Notes: generated from the letters alone by a model not told the origin. Counted from the first letter of the stretch, positions 1-10,619 are shown. The stretch: 55,419 bases of DNA from Stramenopiles sp. TOSAG23-3 (GCA_900128585.1 LT642157.1:1-55419); one strand, 5' to 3'. Numbers and translations: made by a program.

Positions 1-303
1 GGGGGGGGGGGGGGGACCAGGAGGGCCTTCATTTATTATTTATAAGGGACACAGTATAGAGAAAAATAAAAAGAAATAAAATCGAAAAAGAAAAGTAGTT
101 GTTAGTTTGTTTTAAATTCCCAAGGTGTGAAGAATTGGAAGGAAGTGAAACGTGCAAGGAAGAAATTCAAATGCGGCCACCTTTGAAAGAAGAAAAGGAT
201 ACGTTTCGCTTATTCTTATTGTTGTGTTTCTCAAAAACCAGTTATTTTATAACGTGAAGATTGAGTATTACTTACGATTATATTCAAAAGTTACGAAGAA
301 AGA

Positions 304-1662
304 ATGAAGTCTGCTGTTGTTCTTCTAGCCTTGGCGGCGTCAGCCCAAGCCGGTGGAATGCGTGGCTCTGCAGCCCCGCCAGCCCCAGGCGCGAAACCCG
401 TCGTCGGTGCAGCTGCGGTAGCGACCGAGCAGCCACTAAACTCCCCGGGCGCGATGATCATGCACCATGAAGCGACCACCAAATTGGCCAACTCCATTCC
501 AATGAGCTACGGAGCTGGTGCCAAGCCAGGAAGTTACATTCCGTCTTGGGCTGGCGCTCAAATGAACGCCAACGTCAAGGCGATCAAGGACAGTTGGGAA
601 TCCCAAGAAGGCCGCCTTGGCTACTATAACGGCCACTTCGGATACGGCCCAAGCGTACACCCGGACCTTCACCAAGCGTACCAATGGAACCCATTCCAAA
701 GTCCGTACGGAAAGCAAGGCGTGGCCACGCCTGGCATGCCTGGCCTCCCCGCGACCTCGGCGTACAAAGGCGCCGCCCCAGCGGGCATGCCCAAGGAGAC
801 CTTGGCGGAGATGGAGAAGCTTAACGCTGCCGCCCCGGCGAACTTGAAAGCGCCACTGACCCCTGTTACCCTGCCAAACGGCATGCGCATGAACGTTCCT
901 AACGGGGACTTGAATGCACTAGGCCTTCCCACCGCCCCGGGAGTCCCAGTCGACGCCAACAAGTTGTTGGGCTCCCCAGTAACTCTTCCAGGAACCCCCG
1001 AGCATTACAAGGACGTCACCTCCCGCATCATCAACGAACAGGCAACTGTAGGCGCACAGATGCAACAAGTGCAACAGGTTGAATCCCAACACGCCCAGCG
1101 TGCCGCATATTTGGGTGCCATGATGCACCAACTTCAAACTCAGTACTTGCAGGCCCAACACTTGGACCACTTGCAGAAGGAATACATGGAGAAGATGGCT
1201 AGACGCAACGCCGCCCTTGGCATTGACCGTCACCGTGTTTCAAACGAATATACCCTTGGTGCCATGCTGCAACAATACAACCACATCAAACAGTACGAAA
1301 CGCATGTTCGCAATGTAGTTACGCAGATCGACACCGTCAAGAACAACTTGATGAAAGAAATCATGTCATACAGGCAAGCCATCCGCAAGGATACCAACGC
1401 CATCAAACAATTGCTTGACGGCAAAATACCCAGTGCATCCGGACCATCCGGACCAGCACCAACTAAAGAGGAAGAAAAACTTGAAAAGCAAGAGGCAGCC
1501 GCACTAAAGCTGTCAGAGAAAGCAGCTGAAAAGCAAAAGAGCGCAGACGAAGCCGCCGTTAAGGCCAACGGAGATTTTATTGACCATGTTGAATCAGCAT
1601 TGAACAAAGGACCGGAAGATATTAGTGGACCATCTGGTGCTTCGGGACCTGTACGATTATAA
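304..1662 (+). CDS. Secreted Pro/Gly-rich and coiled-coil protein of unknown function (452 aa)
   Basis: ATG-TAA ORF with GC-rich codon usage; signal peptide MKSAVVLLALAASAQA; Pro/Gly/Ala-rich N half, Gln-rich helical segment, C-terminal SGPSG repeats. Confidence 0.85.
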   Translation: MKSAVVLLALAASAQAGGMRGSAAPPAPGAKPVVGAAAVATEQPLNSPGAMIMHHEATTKLANSIPMSYGAGAKPGSYIPSWAGAQMNANVKAIKDSWESQEGRLGYYNGHFGYGPSVHPDLHQAYQWNPFQSPYGKQGVATPGMPGLPATSAYKGAAPAGMPKETLAEMEKLNAAAPANLKAPLTPVTLPNGMRMNVPNGDLNALGLPTAPGVPVDANKLLGSPVTLPGTPEHYKDVTSRIINEQATVGAQMQQVQQVESQHAQRAAYLGAMMHQLQTQYLQAQHLDHLQKEYMEKMARRNAALGIDRHRVSNEYTLGAMLQQYNHIKQYETHVRNVVTQIDTVKNNLMKEIMSYRQAIRKDTNAIKQLLDGKIPSASGPSGPAPTKEEEKLEKQEAAALKLSEKAAEKQKSADEAAVKANGDFIDHVESALNKGPEDISGPSGASGPVRL

Positions 1663-2391
1663 GGAAGTGTATAAGGAAGTGACAGGGTGACGGTGTAGTA
1701 TTCATAAAAGAGGGCTTACTGTTGGGGAAGACGTTAAAATGGGAGGAAAGTCAAGGTCTTTAGGAGCACGAATAGAGGTCGTGGAGCGCAAGGACCGGGA
1801 ATGCTTTTCGAAAACCAGTTGTGGCCAGAATTTCAGCGCCAAGGCAGAGGGAGAACGCACTGGATGAGAGTGCGTGGGTCTGGCACAAGCAGAGTGAGCT
1901 TTTAAGTTAAAATAAATTTTAACCAACCTTTTGTTAAAAAGAGAGACAGGGTTTTGAATTTCCCTACGAAGTACTACTGTATTACACAGTTAAATATTTT
2001 ACACTTAGGACGTCGTAAATGCCTCTTAGCATTTATTCCTAGCGACGCTAACATTTCTTTCCTCTGACAAAATTTCAAATTTTGTGAAGCCGTAAAGTTT
2101 TTGTGACTATTCATAGAAAATCACAGGAGCAGAAATAAATCCTCAAAGTTACCCTCCTGGAAGAAAAAGAAGTAAAACTTTACTGGGCATAAGGAGCAGA
2201 AATAAATTCGCGGTAAATGATAAATCAGCTTACCTACTTCGTCCGGTAAATAACAGTAGCCACACATTCAAATATTTTGTTTAAAAATTATAGGTGCACA
2301 TTAACAAAATAATAAGCTCAGATAAATTAATTTTAAAATTAATTATAAAAATGTAAAGAAAGTAAACGCATTTGTTTGGGTCTCTTCAGGC

Positions 2392-3309
2392 TCACGCTTT
2401 CGAAAGTGCCTTTTCAGTGGCCATGCCCTGGTGATTCACATTTGCCTTTGCATCATTTTCCAGACTTGAGGCTTGAAGCCCACTGTCAGCCTCGGCTGGT
2501 TTTTCAGCAGAGAAACTTTTAGCCTTCCCGCCACCAACGTCTGTATTTACATCACCTTTCTGCCCTGCTGAAAGTGTGGGTTTTGCTTCCCCTTCCCCTT
2601 CGTCTTCATCCTCATCCTCGTCTTCGTCCCCACCCTCCATTTTGGTCTTCTTTACAGGTCGTTTGAAAAATCGTTTCTGTGGTTTTGCTTTAACGAGCGG
2701 GGGTTCCTTAGGTTTCTTATGCTTCTTCTTATGCTTCTTCTTATGCCGCTTCTTTCCATGCGTCCTTTTCGTCCTTTTGGTTCTAAGCTTGTGGGTCTTC
2801 TTTCTTTTCTTTGGCGTCCCGCACTTTGCAGGAAGGGGTTGAACTCCACTCATTTCTGCCTGTTCACATTCGCTCATACCAACGGTATCTTCTCTAACTC
2901 TCCGTTCATATCTAGATGTTCGACTACTTTCAAATGCCACCAAAGATACTTTGTTACACCGAATAAAACTGTTTCGGCAGCCTTCTAGACAATAGCGAAT
3001 GTACTCTGTGTCCTCACAGTTCACAAGGCGTTCACTCGAGGATTTATCTTTACACATGCCGTCGTCGTTGCAAAATGGGATCGACTCCACACCATTTTCA
3101 CTACGCTCGTACTCTAGTTTGGAATTTTCGGAAACAGCCAAAAATGCCTGGAGGCGACTGTTTTCTGTGCGCAGCAGACTATTATGTGCCAGCAACCCCC
3201 CCCAACTAGTCGGGTTTAGTGCAGGGACCCCCTGGACATTCGCAGCCCCGCTCCTTGTCAAAAGGCACACATCAAAAATTGTTATCAACACTACAAGGAA
3301 ACGATTCAT
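2392..3309 (-). CDS. Secreted protein with Cys-rich domain, Lys/His-rich tract and acidic tract
   Basis: First ATG at 3309 gives hydrophobic N-terminus MNRFLVVLITIFDVCLL; 8-Cys region; KKRHKKKHKKKHKK (12-bp unit repeated near 2714-2746) followed by DEDEDEDEDEGEGE. Confidence 0.75.
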   Translation of the reverse strand: MNRFLVVLITIFDVCLLTRSGAANVQGVPALNPTSWGGLLAHNSLLRTENSRLQAFLAVSENSKLEYERSENGVESIPFCNDDGMCKDKSSSERLVNCEDTEYIRYCLEGCRNSFIRCNKVSLVAFESSRTSRYERRVREDTVGMSECEQAEMSGVQPLPAKCGTPKKRKKTHKLRTKRTKRTHGKKRHKKKHKKKHKKPKEPPLVKAKPQKRFFKRPVKKTKMEGGDEDEDEDEDEGEGEAKPTLSAGQKGDVNTDVGGGKAKSFSAEKPAEADSGLQASSLENDAKANVNHQGMATEKALSKA

Positions 3310-3912
3310 CTTTTCAGACCCTGCTTTAAATAATCTTCTTAAAGAACGAAACACCTCCCTGTAACTGTGAACACATTTTGAAATTACTTTTATTCATGGG
3401 AAGGGTTCACATCTTTTCGAACTTATCAAATATGAAGTGTCAGCGTTTTGAGTAGGGCTGCTCCGTCATCCTCCTCCGCCCCCTTTTCTTCATTTCAGTT
3501 TTTAAAGCTTCCTTCCAGCAATGCATTGCTCTGTACCTGTTACCTGTTACCATACCCCGTACCCGTATTTGCACGACAGAGGAGGAGAGAAGGGAGAAGA
3601 GCGAGAAAAAAAGAAGAAGAAAGAACAACAACAATAAAAACTGCTTTCTCTTTATTTTGTTGGGGTTTCCAACTAACGTCTTCTTCTTCTTCTTCTTCTT
3701 CTTCTCTCTTCTTTTTCATCCATCATCATCACTTATTATAATACTGGTACTACTACAACCATTTCCCCCCCATATATCGTTGCGCTATTTTTTATCAGTC
3801 TTCAACGACTATATTATGTCTGCAGTTGCGGCGAAAGAAAAAGCAAAGATAAATCAAAAGGAATGTAAACCCAGGGACCCTCAACGATTTGCTATATTGA
3901 TCGAGTAAAAAT

Positions 3913-4812
3913 ATGTCTCGGCAAGTAGTTCCTGAAGCCAACCCACCGGAGTTGTCTCTTGGTCCTGCGGAAGAGCCACCGGCGGAAGGAGCGAAGCAAT
4001 GGGGCGTGAAGGAGAAACCTCCGCCCGTAAGGTGTTTGATAGCAATGAATAAAGATTTGCAAAATGCATACAGGGACGAAGTTCTGGAAGATTTCCAACT
4101 GCGAGTAGGAAGGCAGGTTAGACCTCGCTTTCGATTGTTTGAATTCATACGCAAGTTAATAAGAAAGAACCCTAACTCTAATAAAAAGAAGAAACAGTAC
4201 TTCGATGCATGCCTTATGAACAATATGCAGCTTGCAGAGAGGCTGTTATTGAAAGGCCTGTATCCCCACACCCATGATGCAAACGGTTGCAATGGACTGT
4301 ATTACGCCTGTATCGAAGGCAGCTTTGATACAGCCAGAATGCTGTTACAGAATGAAGTGAGCACAGCCACTGTAAACGCATTAGATAAATCAACACCTCT
4401 TCACTTAGCCTGTAGGGGTGGCAACAGTGGCTACGAGCTATTAGTGGATTTGTTATTAGGAACTCGAAAAGTAGACGTTGACGCTAAAGACTGTCGTGGA
4501 ATGACACCGGCGATGTGGGCTGCCCAGCGTAATAATTATAGACCAATCGCTGCATTAGCTGAATTTGGGGCAGATCTAGACGCACAAGATAGCGAAGGGT
4601 GGACGGCCCTGCACTACGCTGCGTACTATGGGTATAAAAAAACAGCGAATGAGTTACTTGAGGAAGGGGCTCATTATTCAATTGCCGACAAGTTAGACCA
4701 GACTCCTTGGGACTGGGCGATGAAAAGAAAATTCGATAGTATAGCGGCAGCTTTGGACGACCACGCGAGGAAAATAAGAAGGTTTAAAGAAAAGTATGGG
4801 TATAGCCCATAA
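3913..4812 (+). CDS. Ankyrin repeat protein (299 aa)
   Basis: Ankyrin consensus repeats: STPLHLAC, GMTPAMWAA, GWTALHYAAYYG, QTPWDWA. Confidence 0.92.
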   Translation: MSRQVVPEANPPELSLGPAEEPPAEGAKQWGVKEKPPPVRCLIAMNKDLQNAYRDEVLEDFQLRVGRQVRPRFRLFEFIRKLIRKNPNSNKKKKQYFDACLMNNMQLAERLLLKGLYPHTHDANGCNGLYYACIEGSFDTARMLLQNEVSTATVNALDKSTPLHLACRGGNSGYELLVDLLLGTRKVDVDAKDCRGMTPAMWAAQRNNYRPIAALAEFGADLDAQDSEGWTALHYAAYYGYKKTANELLEEGAHYSIADKLDQTPWDWAMKRKFDSIAAALDDHARKIRRFKEKYGYSP

Positions 4813-5009
4813 AGTGGCAAGGGTGGGAGCGACTTTAGATTTAGTTCTTGTAATTTTTCACCGCGTAATCAATAAAGTTTTTCGTACCGGGATACATTTA
4901 AATAAAACACATGAAAAGGAGAATAAAGTTTAATTTTTCGAAATGGTAAACTGCGGGGGTTATAACCCCGGCCCACTTTGTTTTTACTCATGTACTAGTA
5001 CTCTTTAAT

Positions 5010-6611
5010 TTATTTACCAGTTGGAGGCAGCTTCGACATGAAATATGTGGATATGACTGCAAAACTTGTCAGTGCCCAGAATACAGAACCCAAGTTGCTC
5101 GAAGCACCAGCAGAGCCGACCAAAAAGGTAAATGCAGCCTTGAGAAGAGACCCTAGCATTTTCTGGAACGCCAAACCAGATGCTAACACTACGTCGACGG
5201 GTACTTCGCCACTGTGCGTTTTAAAGTGCCCTTCTGCACAGCGAGTTGTATACATACCAGTAACAATTTTTGCCAACTCAGTAGCGGCTCTAACGAGTAT
5301 GTACGAGGCCGCACAAACCAGAGATGACGTTGCAGATGACATCCCAATCATCCCAAAAGAATGAATGCACGATAGAACAAACAATGCCGACCTAAGGTCG
5401 GCCTGTTTTAATTGCTTGCTCATGTAAACGACTAGTCCTAAGCTCGTTAGTGCTGCCAGTGTGTGTACTGTGCTGTACAGAGGCGTAGACATGGTTAGTT
5501 CGTTTGTCAGCTTCTCTACAAGGTATCCCTCTTTCACAACCGGCTCAATACTAGCAATACAAGAGAGAACAATACAAAAAAAATACAGAGGGCGATACGC
5601 AAAAATAGTGGTGAATATGGAAACAATGGCTTTTACGTCCAGATATTTCTTCTCTTTCTTTCTATTCGTCGGCAAGGACGTCGACGTCAGAGCAACCAGC
5701 ACAGCACCGCAGATTGCCAGCATCGAAAGGCAGCGAAACAAGAATATCATTGCGCCAAGCTTCTCCTGGCTTAGTACTGTTCTGTCATAAAAGACAAGAA
5801 TACTGCTGGACAGAGACGGAACAAAAAGTTTAGCAGCCAGGCCAAACGAACGGTAAACCGTATTTGCAGTTGCAGGGTCTGCGGACCCATGGATTTGCAC
5901 CGTTGTATTTAGGCTGACAGAGACCATTGACGCCAGTGCACCCATGGCGAACATGGCAACGTACAGGTACATGGCTGAAACATCCTTGCGGTAAAATGAT
6001 AAACCGCCAATAATACTGCCCAAAAGACCCAGTCCAGCACTGGTCATGGTTGGGGCTGATAGAGCTGCAGTCAAAGGTCCCGTTAAGAACATTCCCAGAA
6101 AAGAGCCAAAAAAACGACAGGAAACCAAAAATGAAATCACACTTCTATCCAACTGTAAAGCCTTCAAGAAAAAAACTGGCAATATTACTTCCAAAATGAC
6201 ACGGCTGGTATCAAATGCTACCGCGCCGGTGATTATGGTCGCAAGTGCACTGTTTGGAATTCCGTTTTCAGGCCCCGGTGTTCCCACCGTGCCAATTTGA
6301 CTTCTAGTCTCTACGCGGTTTGCGTGAAGACGTGCTCCAAGTTGAACCAGGGTGTAGCCTATAAAATATTCACCAAGATCTCTAAATAAACCAAATTCAT
6401 GCGACATAATGTTCTCTGCGCCATACGCGTAATCCAAGCCTTGATAACTGACCAATAGAAACACAAACATTTTATGGAAAGTGGCCATCCAACTACGCGG
6501 TTTTGAGGCAACGGACAGGCAGCCGGCTGCCCCCCCACAGAGGAAATGGGTCCAGTACCCAATGCCAGTGCAGTTGGACTGGAACACTTCCATGAGTTTA
6601 CCCAGAGCCAT
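5010..6611 (-). CDS. Multi-pass membrane transporter, probably major facilitator superfamily (533 aa)
   Basis: About 12-15 hydrophobic segments with a central charged loop (NRKKEKKY) splitting two 6-TM halves, MFS-like topology; extra hydrophobic N-terminal extension. Confidence 0.7.
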   Translation of the reverse strand: MALGKLMEVFQSNCTGIGYWTHFLCGGAAGCLSVASKPRSWMATFHKMFVFLLVSYQGLDYAYGAENIMSHEFGLFRDLGEYFIGYTLVQLGARLHANRVETRSQIGTVGTPGPENGIPNSALATIITGAVAFDTSRVILEVILPVFFLKALQLDRSVISFLVSCRFFGSFLGMFLTGPLTAALSAPTMTSAGLGLLGSIIGGLSFYRKDVSAMYLYVAMFAMGALASMVSVSLNTTVQIHGSADPATANTVYRSFGLAAKLFVPSLSSSILVFYDRTVLSQEKLGAMIFLFRCLSMLAICGAVLVALTSTSLPTNRKKEKKYLDVKAIVSIFTTIFAYRPLYFFCIVLSCIASIEPVVKEGYLVEKLTNELTMSTPLYSTVHTLAALTSLGLVVYMSKQLKQADLRSALFVLSCIHSFGMIGMSSATSSLVCAASYILVRAATELAKIVTGMYTTRCAEGHFKTHSGEVPVDVVLASGLAFQKMLGSLLKAAFTFLVGSAGASSNLGSVFWALTSFAVISTYFMSKLPPTGK

Positions 6612-6902
6612 CTATTTTTGTGCACAGCGTTTGACACAGTCACTTAAATATTCTGCAAAATAGAAGAACAATGAAAGTCAAACTGTTTGCTTGGAAATAA
6701 GGCGTTAAAAAAGAGACGACCAAATGGCAACTCCTTTTTCTGCCACATTTTTTTATGTGTACGGTACAAGGCACCGAAGGAATTAACACCAGGTACAGGT
6801 ATGTACGGTTCGAAGGAAAACTGGAAGGGCGAAATAAGGGAAATAGAGTTATAAGTAGGGTTGTTTGTTAAAGAAATATGATGGTGGGAAATTATTCAAT
6901 CA

Positions 6903-8801
6903 TCAATAATACTTTCTCTTCTCTTTCTTTTTGCGTCGCGCGCCAGGTTTTGTAAAAGCACCCTTTTTCGGCTCGTCTACAGCTTCGGACGACTTTTCTT
7001 CATGTTGCATTGGCTTTGATTCGGTAGTGGCAGCTCCAACCCCATCTTCAGTTAACACGGCCCCTCGCTTTTCTGTCGATTTTGACGACGATTCGGTAGG
7101 GTTGCGCCCATCGTTTTCTTTCATCAGTTTCTTCCGCTCTTGCTCGTAGCGCTGCTGCTCATCAAACGCTTCGTCACGATCACGGCGCTCTTTGATGGAA
7201 GCAGATTTTTTCCTGGACTGGTAGCCTCTGTACTGGGACTGTAACTGGGTGGCAGCTTTATTTTCCTGTTTTATTTCACTGACTCGTCTCCGGTCAGAAA
7301 ACCCTCGGTATCCAGCTTGTAGTTTAACAGCCGCATTTTTCTCATCTTCGCCCATAATTGGTTCTGAAGTTTTCTTTTCTGCTTCTTCATTGCTACTGTT
7401 TGAAACTATTCTTTCCTCTTTTTTGACGGCTGGAATGTTGACAACATTTTCAATATCTTCAGACAAGACACCGGGTTGAGGAACTGCCGCAGTCTTCTCC
7501 ACTGGTGCAACGTTCGAACGGCTTGTTACCAGAGGGGATGGGTTTACCCGCGACGGTATTCTGTTCTCCGTCGGCGGGGCAGCTGGCACGAACGATGGGA
7601 CGCGCCTTGGAAGGTTAATAGGCTCTTCTTTCATAACTATTTCATGAAGCTGTTTCTTTACCTTTTTCACCTGAAGGACTTGCATTCGGACTTGCTTCTC
7701 TTTTTTTGCCAATTGTTTGTGAAGTTTTTCGTTGGTTTCCATGGCAGCTTTCAGTTCTAGTTCTTTTTTTCGTATCAGCCGCTTGTGCCTCATTGCTTCC
7801 TGGCTTTTCGTTTTTTCTAACAACGTCACTTGCAAAGATAATTTTTTAATCCGCTGCTCCAATTGGGCAGTGGCAGACTTGACTGCCTCCTCCACAGTTT
7901 TCACCCCCTTCTTCTTGCGAACATTCTCCCCGCTCTCTATGAGCACTGATCGCATGTCCTCTAACTGGGCCTTCAGCCTACGGTTTTTGTTTCGGGCCTC
8001 CCCTAGCTGGACTTTTTGACTTCTTCTTTCATCCGCAAACTTAATATCCCTCGCTCGAACCTTTCGCAGCTTTTCCCGGTAAACCTTTACATCGTTTTCT
8101 AAGGATGTTATTCGTTGGGGCCATTCGTGCTTTAAATTTTCTTTAGCACTAATTTGCTTCGCTTGGTTTCTTTGTATCGCCAGCAAGCTCTTGTTGTCTT
8201 TCACCAATTTATGGATTTCCCGTTCCTTCAGGTTTACCAAATTTTCCAGTTCTATTACTTTATCGTTATCGCGAGTTTCTTTCAGTTGTCGTTTTAATTC
8301 GTTGTTTGCCCGTTTGTAGATTTCGATTTTCTGTTTCATGTTTTTGACCACCTGGGCCTTTATTTTCATTGACTTCGACGAAGGTTCAAGCGCCCTTTCC
8401 GAGGCCTTTTTGTTGTTTTTTAAAGAGGCGTCGAGTGCGCGTGCAAATTCTTTCAGCTGGCTTCTTAATGCATTGTTGGACAACCTCAGTTTCTCAATAG
8501 TGGCCGTTTGACTACTTGATTTGTGAATTGGAGACGTTGCAGGCTGTTGGGACTGATGGCTGTTGTTTCCTTTGCGCTTGTGCTTTGAAGTACCGTCCGA
8601 CTTGCTTTCATCGAGCGTCCCGAAACTATTTAACGGCGTGGGCTGCTTATTAATTTTACGAACGCTCCCATTGGACGATATGCTCGCTTGTTCCAGCGTC
8701 TTTGGAAGGCTACTGGAGCTTGCACCCAGACTCGCCGCTTCAAAATCATCATCTTCATAGTCCTCGAAGTCGTCTTCCCCATCAGAGTAAGTTACCGACA
8801 T
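6903..8801 (-). CDS. Lebercilin (LCA5)-like coiled-coil protein with two IQ motifs (632 aa)
   Basis: DNKSLLAIQRNQAKQI...VYREKLRK...LHKQLAKKEKQ resembles the lebercilin domain; IQ motifs AVKLQAGYRGFSDRRR and ATQLQSQYRGYQSRKK. Confidence 0.7.
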   Translation of the reverse strand: MSVTYSDGEDDFEDYEDDDFEAASLGASSSSLPKTLEQASISSNGSVRKINKQPTPLNSFGTLDESKSDGTSKHKRKGNNSHQSQQPATSPIHKSSSQTATIEKLRLSNNALRSQLKEFARALDASLKNNKKASERALEPSSKSMKIKAQVVKNMKQKIEIYKRANNELKRQLKETRDNDKVIELENLVNLKEREIHKLVKDNKSLLAIQRNQAKQISAKENLKHEWPQRITSLENDVKVYREKLRKVRARDIKFADERRSQKVQLGEARNKNRRLKAQLEDMRSVLIESGENVRKKKGVKTVEEAVKSATAQLEQRIKKLSLQVTLLEKTKSQEAMRHKRLIRKKELELKAAMETNEKLHKQLAKKEKQVRMQVLQVKKVKKQLHEIVMKEEPINLPRRVPSFVPAAPPTENRIPSRVNPSPLVTSRSNVAPVEKTAAVPQPGVLSEDIENVVNIPAVKKEERIVSNSSNEEAEKKTSEPIMGEDEKNAAVKLQAGYRGFSDRRRVSEIKQENKAATQLQSQYRGYQSRKKSASIKERRDRDEAFDEQQRYEQERKKLMKENDGRNPTESSSKSTEKRGAVLTEDGVGAATTESKPMQHEEKSSEAVDEPKKGAFTKPGARRKKKEKRKYY

Positions 8802-9792
8802 TATATTCTCAAATGGTAGTTCAAGAGGGTTCAGTTCTCCTACACGACCCCCGCACGTTCCGATTTTTCTTTATTGCTTTACCCGACCTGTAAACAAAAA
8901 CGTGAACATACACAGGTATAGTAAATGAATGCTTGGGCTGACAAATACAAACCAGTTATTAAAGCAATTTAATGAAGCGATTAATCTCATTAAGAAATGA
9001 CACTGTTAAACTATCAAAAGTAACTTCTTTCAAAAGAAACTCAATACACAAGTATCAGGTTACGTTAAATCGATTCTTCTTCGCAAATAAATTAATAATA
9101 ATAATAATATCATACCCTTCTTGGTAATAATAATAAAATAATAATTTTTTATTTTTTTCCTTCTTTTTTTCCTCTTCTTCTTCTTCTTATTTGTATGTTA
9201 AAACTATTTTTATTAAGCGAAGAAGAAGAAGAAGAAAAAAAAAAAAAAAGAAGAAGAAGAAAGCAACAACCATCATTCATCATCATCATCATCATCCTCT
9301 TCTTTCTTCTTCTTCTCCAAAAAAAAAAAAATCCCATCTCCTCCAATAAATAAATGATAATGATGGTGTGTACCTATTATTTATATAATTGTTCTTGAAA
9401 AAATAATAAAATAACGTTTCACGATTTCTTTCTTCAAACAACTCTGCCAACAACACAGTATTGGATTTTCCATTCTATTCAATGTACCTGTCTGTTTTGG
9501 CGTTACAGATATATAGACTTAAAATCTGAAGAAGAAAAACAATGTAATTTTGTATACTTAAATGTAAAAAAGTATAAATGAAATAACATTTAACTATTGA
9601 AGATGTATAATTATTATACGTCTTAATATTATAAAAAAATCAATAATAAAATAATAATATGATTTAAAGCAAATAAGGTTTAAATGAATATTATATTTTT
9701 TAATTTGCCTATCAGTATTTGTTTTTTGATAGTTGTATTGTGTATTAATAACCCTATTACTAACCACAAAACATTGGTTGTTGAAGCCGTGT

Positions 9793-10257
9793 TTTATTTT
9801 TTGACACTGCACTGCGTCCGGTGGGACCAAGTGCAACTGCTGAAAATTTTAGAAACTAAACTATGTTGTGCCCATGTTTGACTGGGGAAAGCAACAACTG
9901 CTGCCAGTTTGATAGTGATTTCCTTTGTTCGTTCTTCTACTATTTTGTGCAATGCTCTTTCTCCTTTTCATCATAATCAAATACTGTGCTACTTTTTCCT
10001 CCTGCTAGTACAGTGTTTAAAGCCGGTCCTCCTGTACCGTACTCTCTCTGTAGCAGCTGGCAAGTACGTTTTTGCTCCTCTTGCTGGGAGGAGGAAGGAG
10101 AAAATGAGGAGGAGGAGGATATTATTTTTTTTTTATTATTATTATTATTAATATGTGCGCTGCCACGGAGTTTCAACAATAAATTGACTACTGCTCTTCT
10201 TAGTCCGTTGAAGTAGTAAATTTCGTTGTATGGACGGAATCTTTTCGGTAAACCCAT
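9793..10257 (-). pseudogene. Possible decayed coding relic interrupted by microsatellites and a frameshift
   Basis: 105-aa ORF broken by (AAT)n and (TCC)n runs; a shifted frame continues RALHKIVEERTKEITIKLAAVVAFP; no family recognised. Confidence 0.25.
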
Positions 10258-10328
10258 GACGAGCGTAGCACACTACAGAGACAATTTATAGTCAGAAGTT
10301 ATACTTTGGTTGCTTATAGCTCACCAAG

Positions 10329-10619
10329 ATGGGGGCGTGTGGGGGAAAGGAGCGTTCAACGGAAGCGTCAGAATACGATAGGTCAGATCAGAACTGTGTA
10401 TTATTTACAGACTCAGAAGTATCTGGAAATGGGGGAGATAGTGGTGGAATCATTCTTGATGTTCAAGAACCTGTTGTACATACACCGACTATAACGAAAA
10501 AGAAGCGGCAAAAAAAGGACAAACGGAATGCACAGCAGCCAGAGCATATATTTGGGTCCACCCCAACCCGTGGCGATAGTAGCACAAGCGTCAGTTCTGA
10601 CGGTGATCTTACGTCGTGA
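10329..10619 (+). CDS. Small protein with N-terminal dual acylation motif (96 aa)
   Basis: Starts MGACGGK (Gly2 myristoylation, Cys4 palmitoylation pattern); basic cluster KKKRQKKDKR; coding-like composition against AT-rich flanks. Confidence 0.55.
   Translation: MGACGGKERSTEASEYDRSDQNCVLFTDSEVSGNGGDSGGIILDVQEPVVHTPTITKKKRQKKDKRNAQQPEHIFGSTPTRGDSSTSVSSDGDLTS

Noticed and set aside
1..16. G16 run at the window start
   Set aside because: Edge homopolymer without context; may be a sequencing artefact
8888..9115. Possible 5' UTR intron of the lebercilin-like gene (minus strand GTATGA...TTTTTGTTTACAG)
   Set aside because: Plausible splice signals but cannot be supported without transcripts; adds no coding sequence
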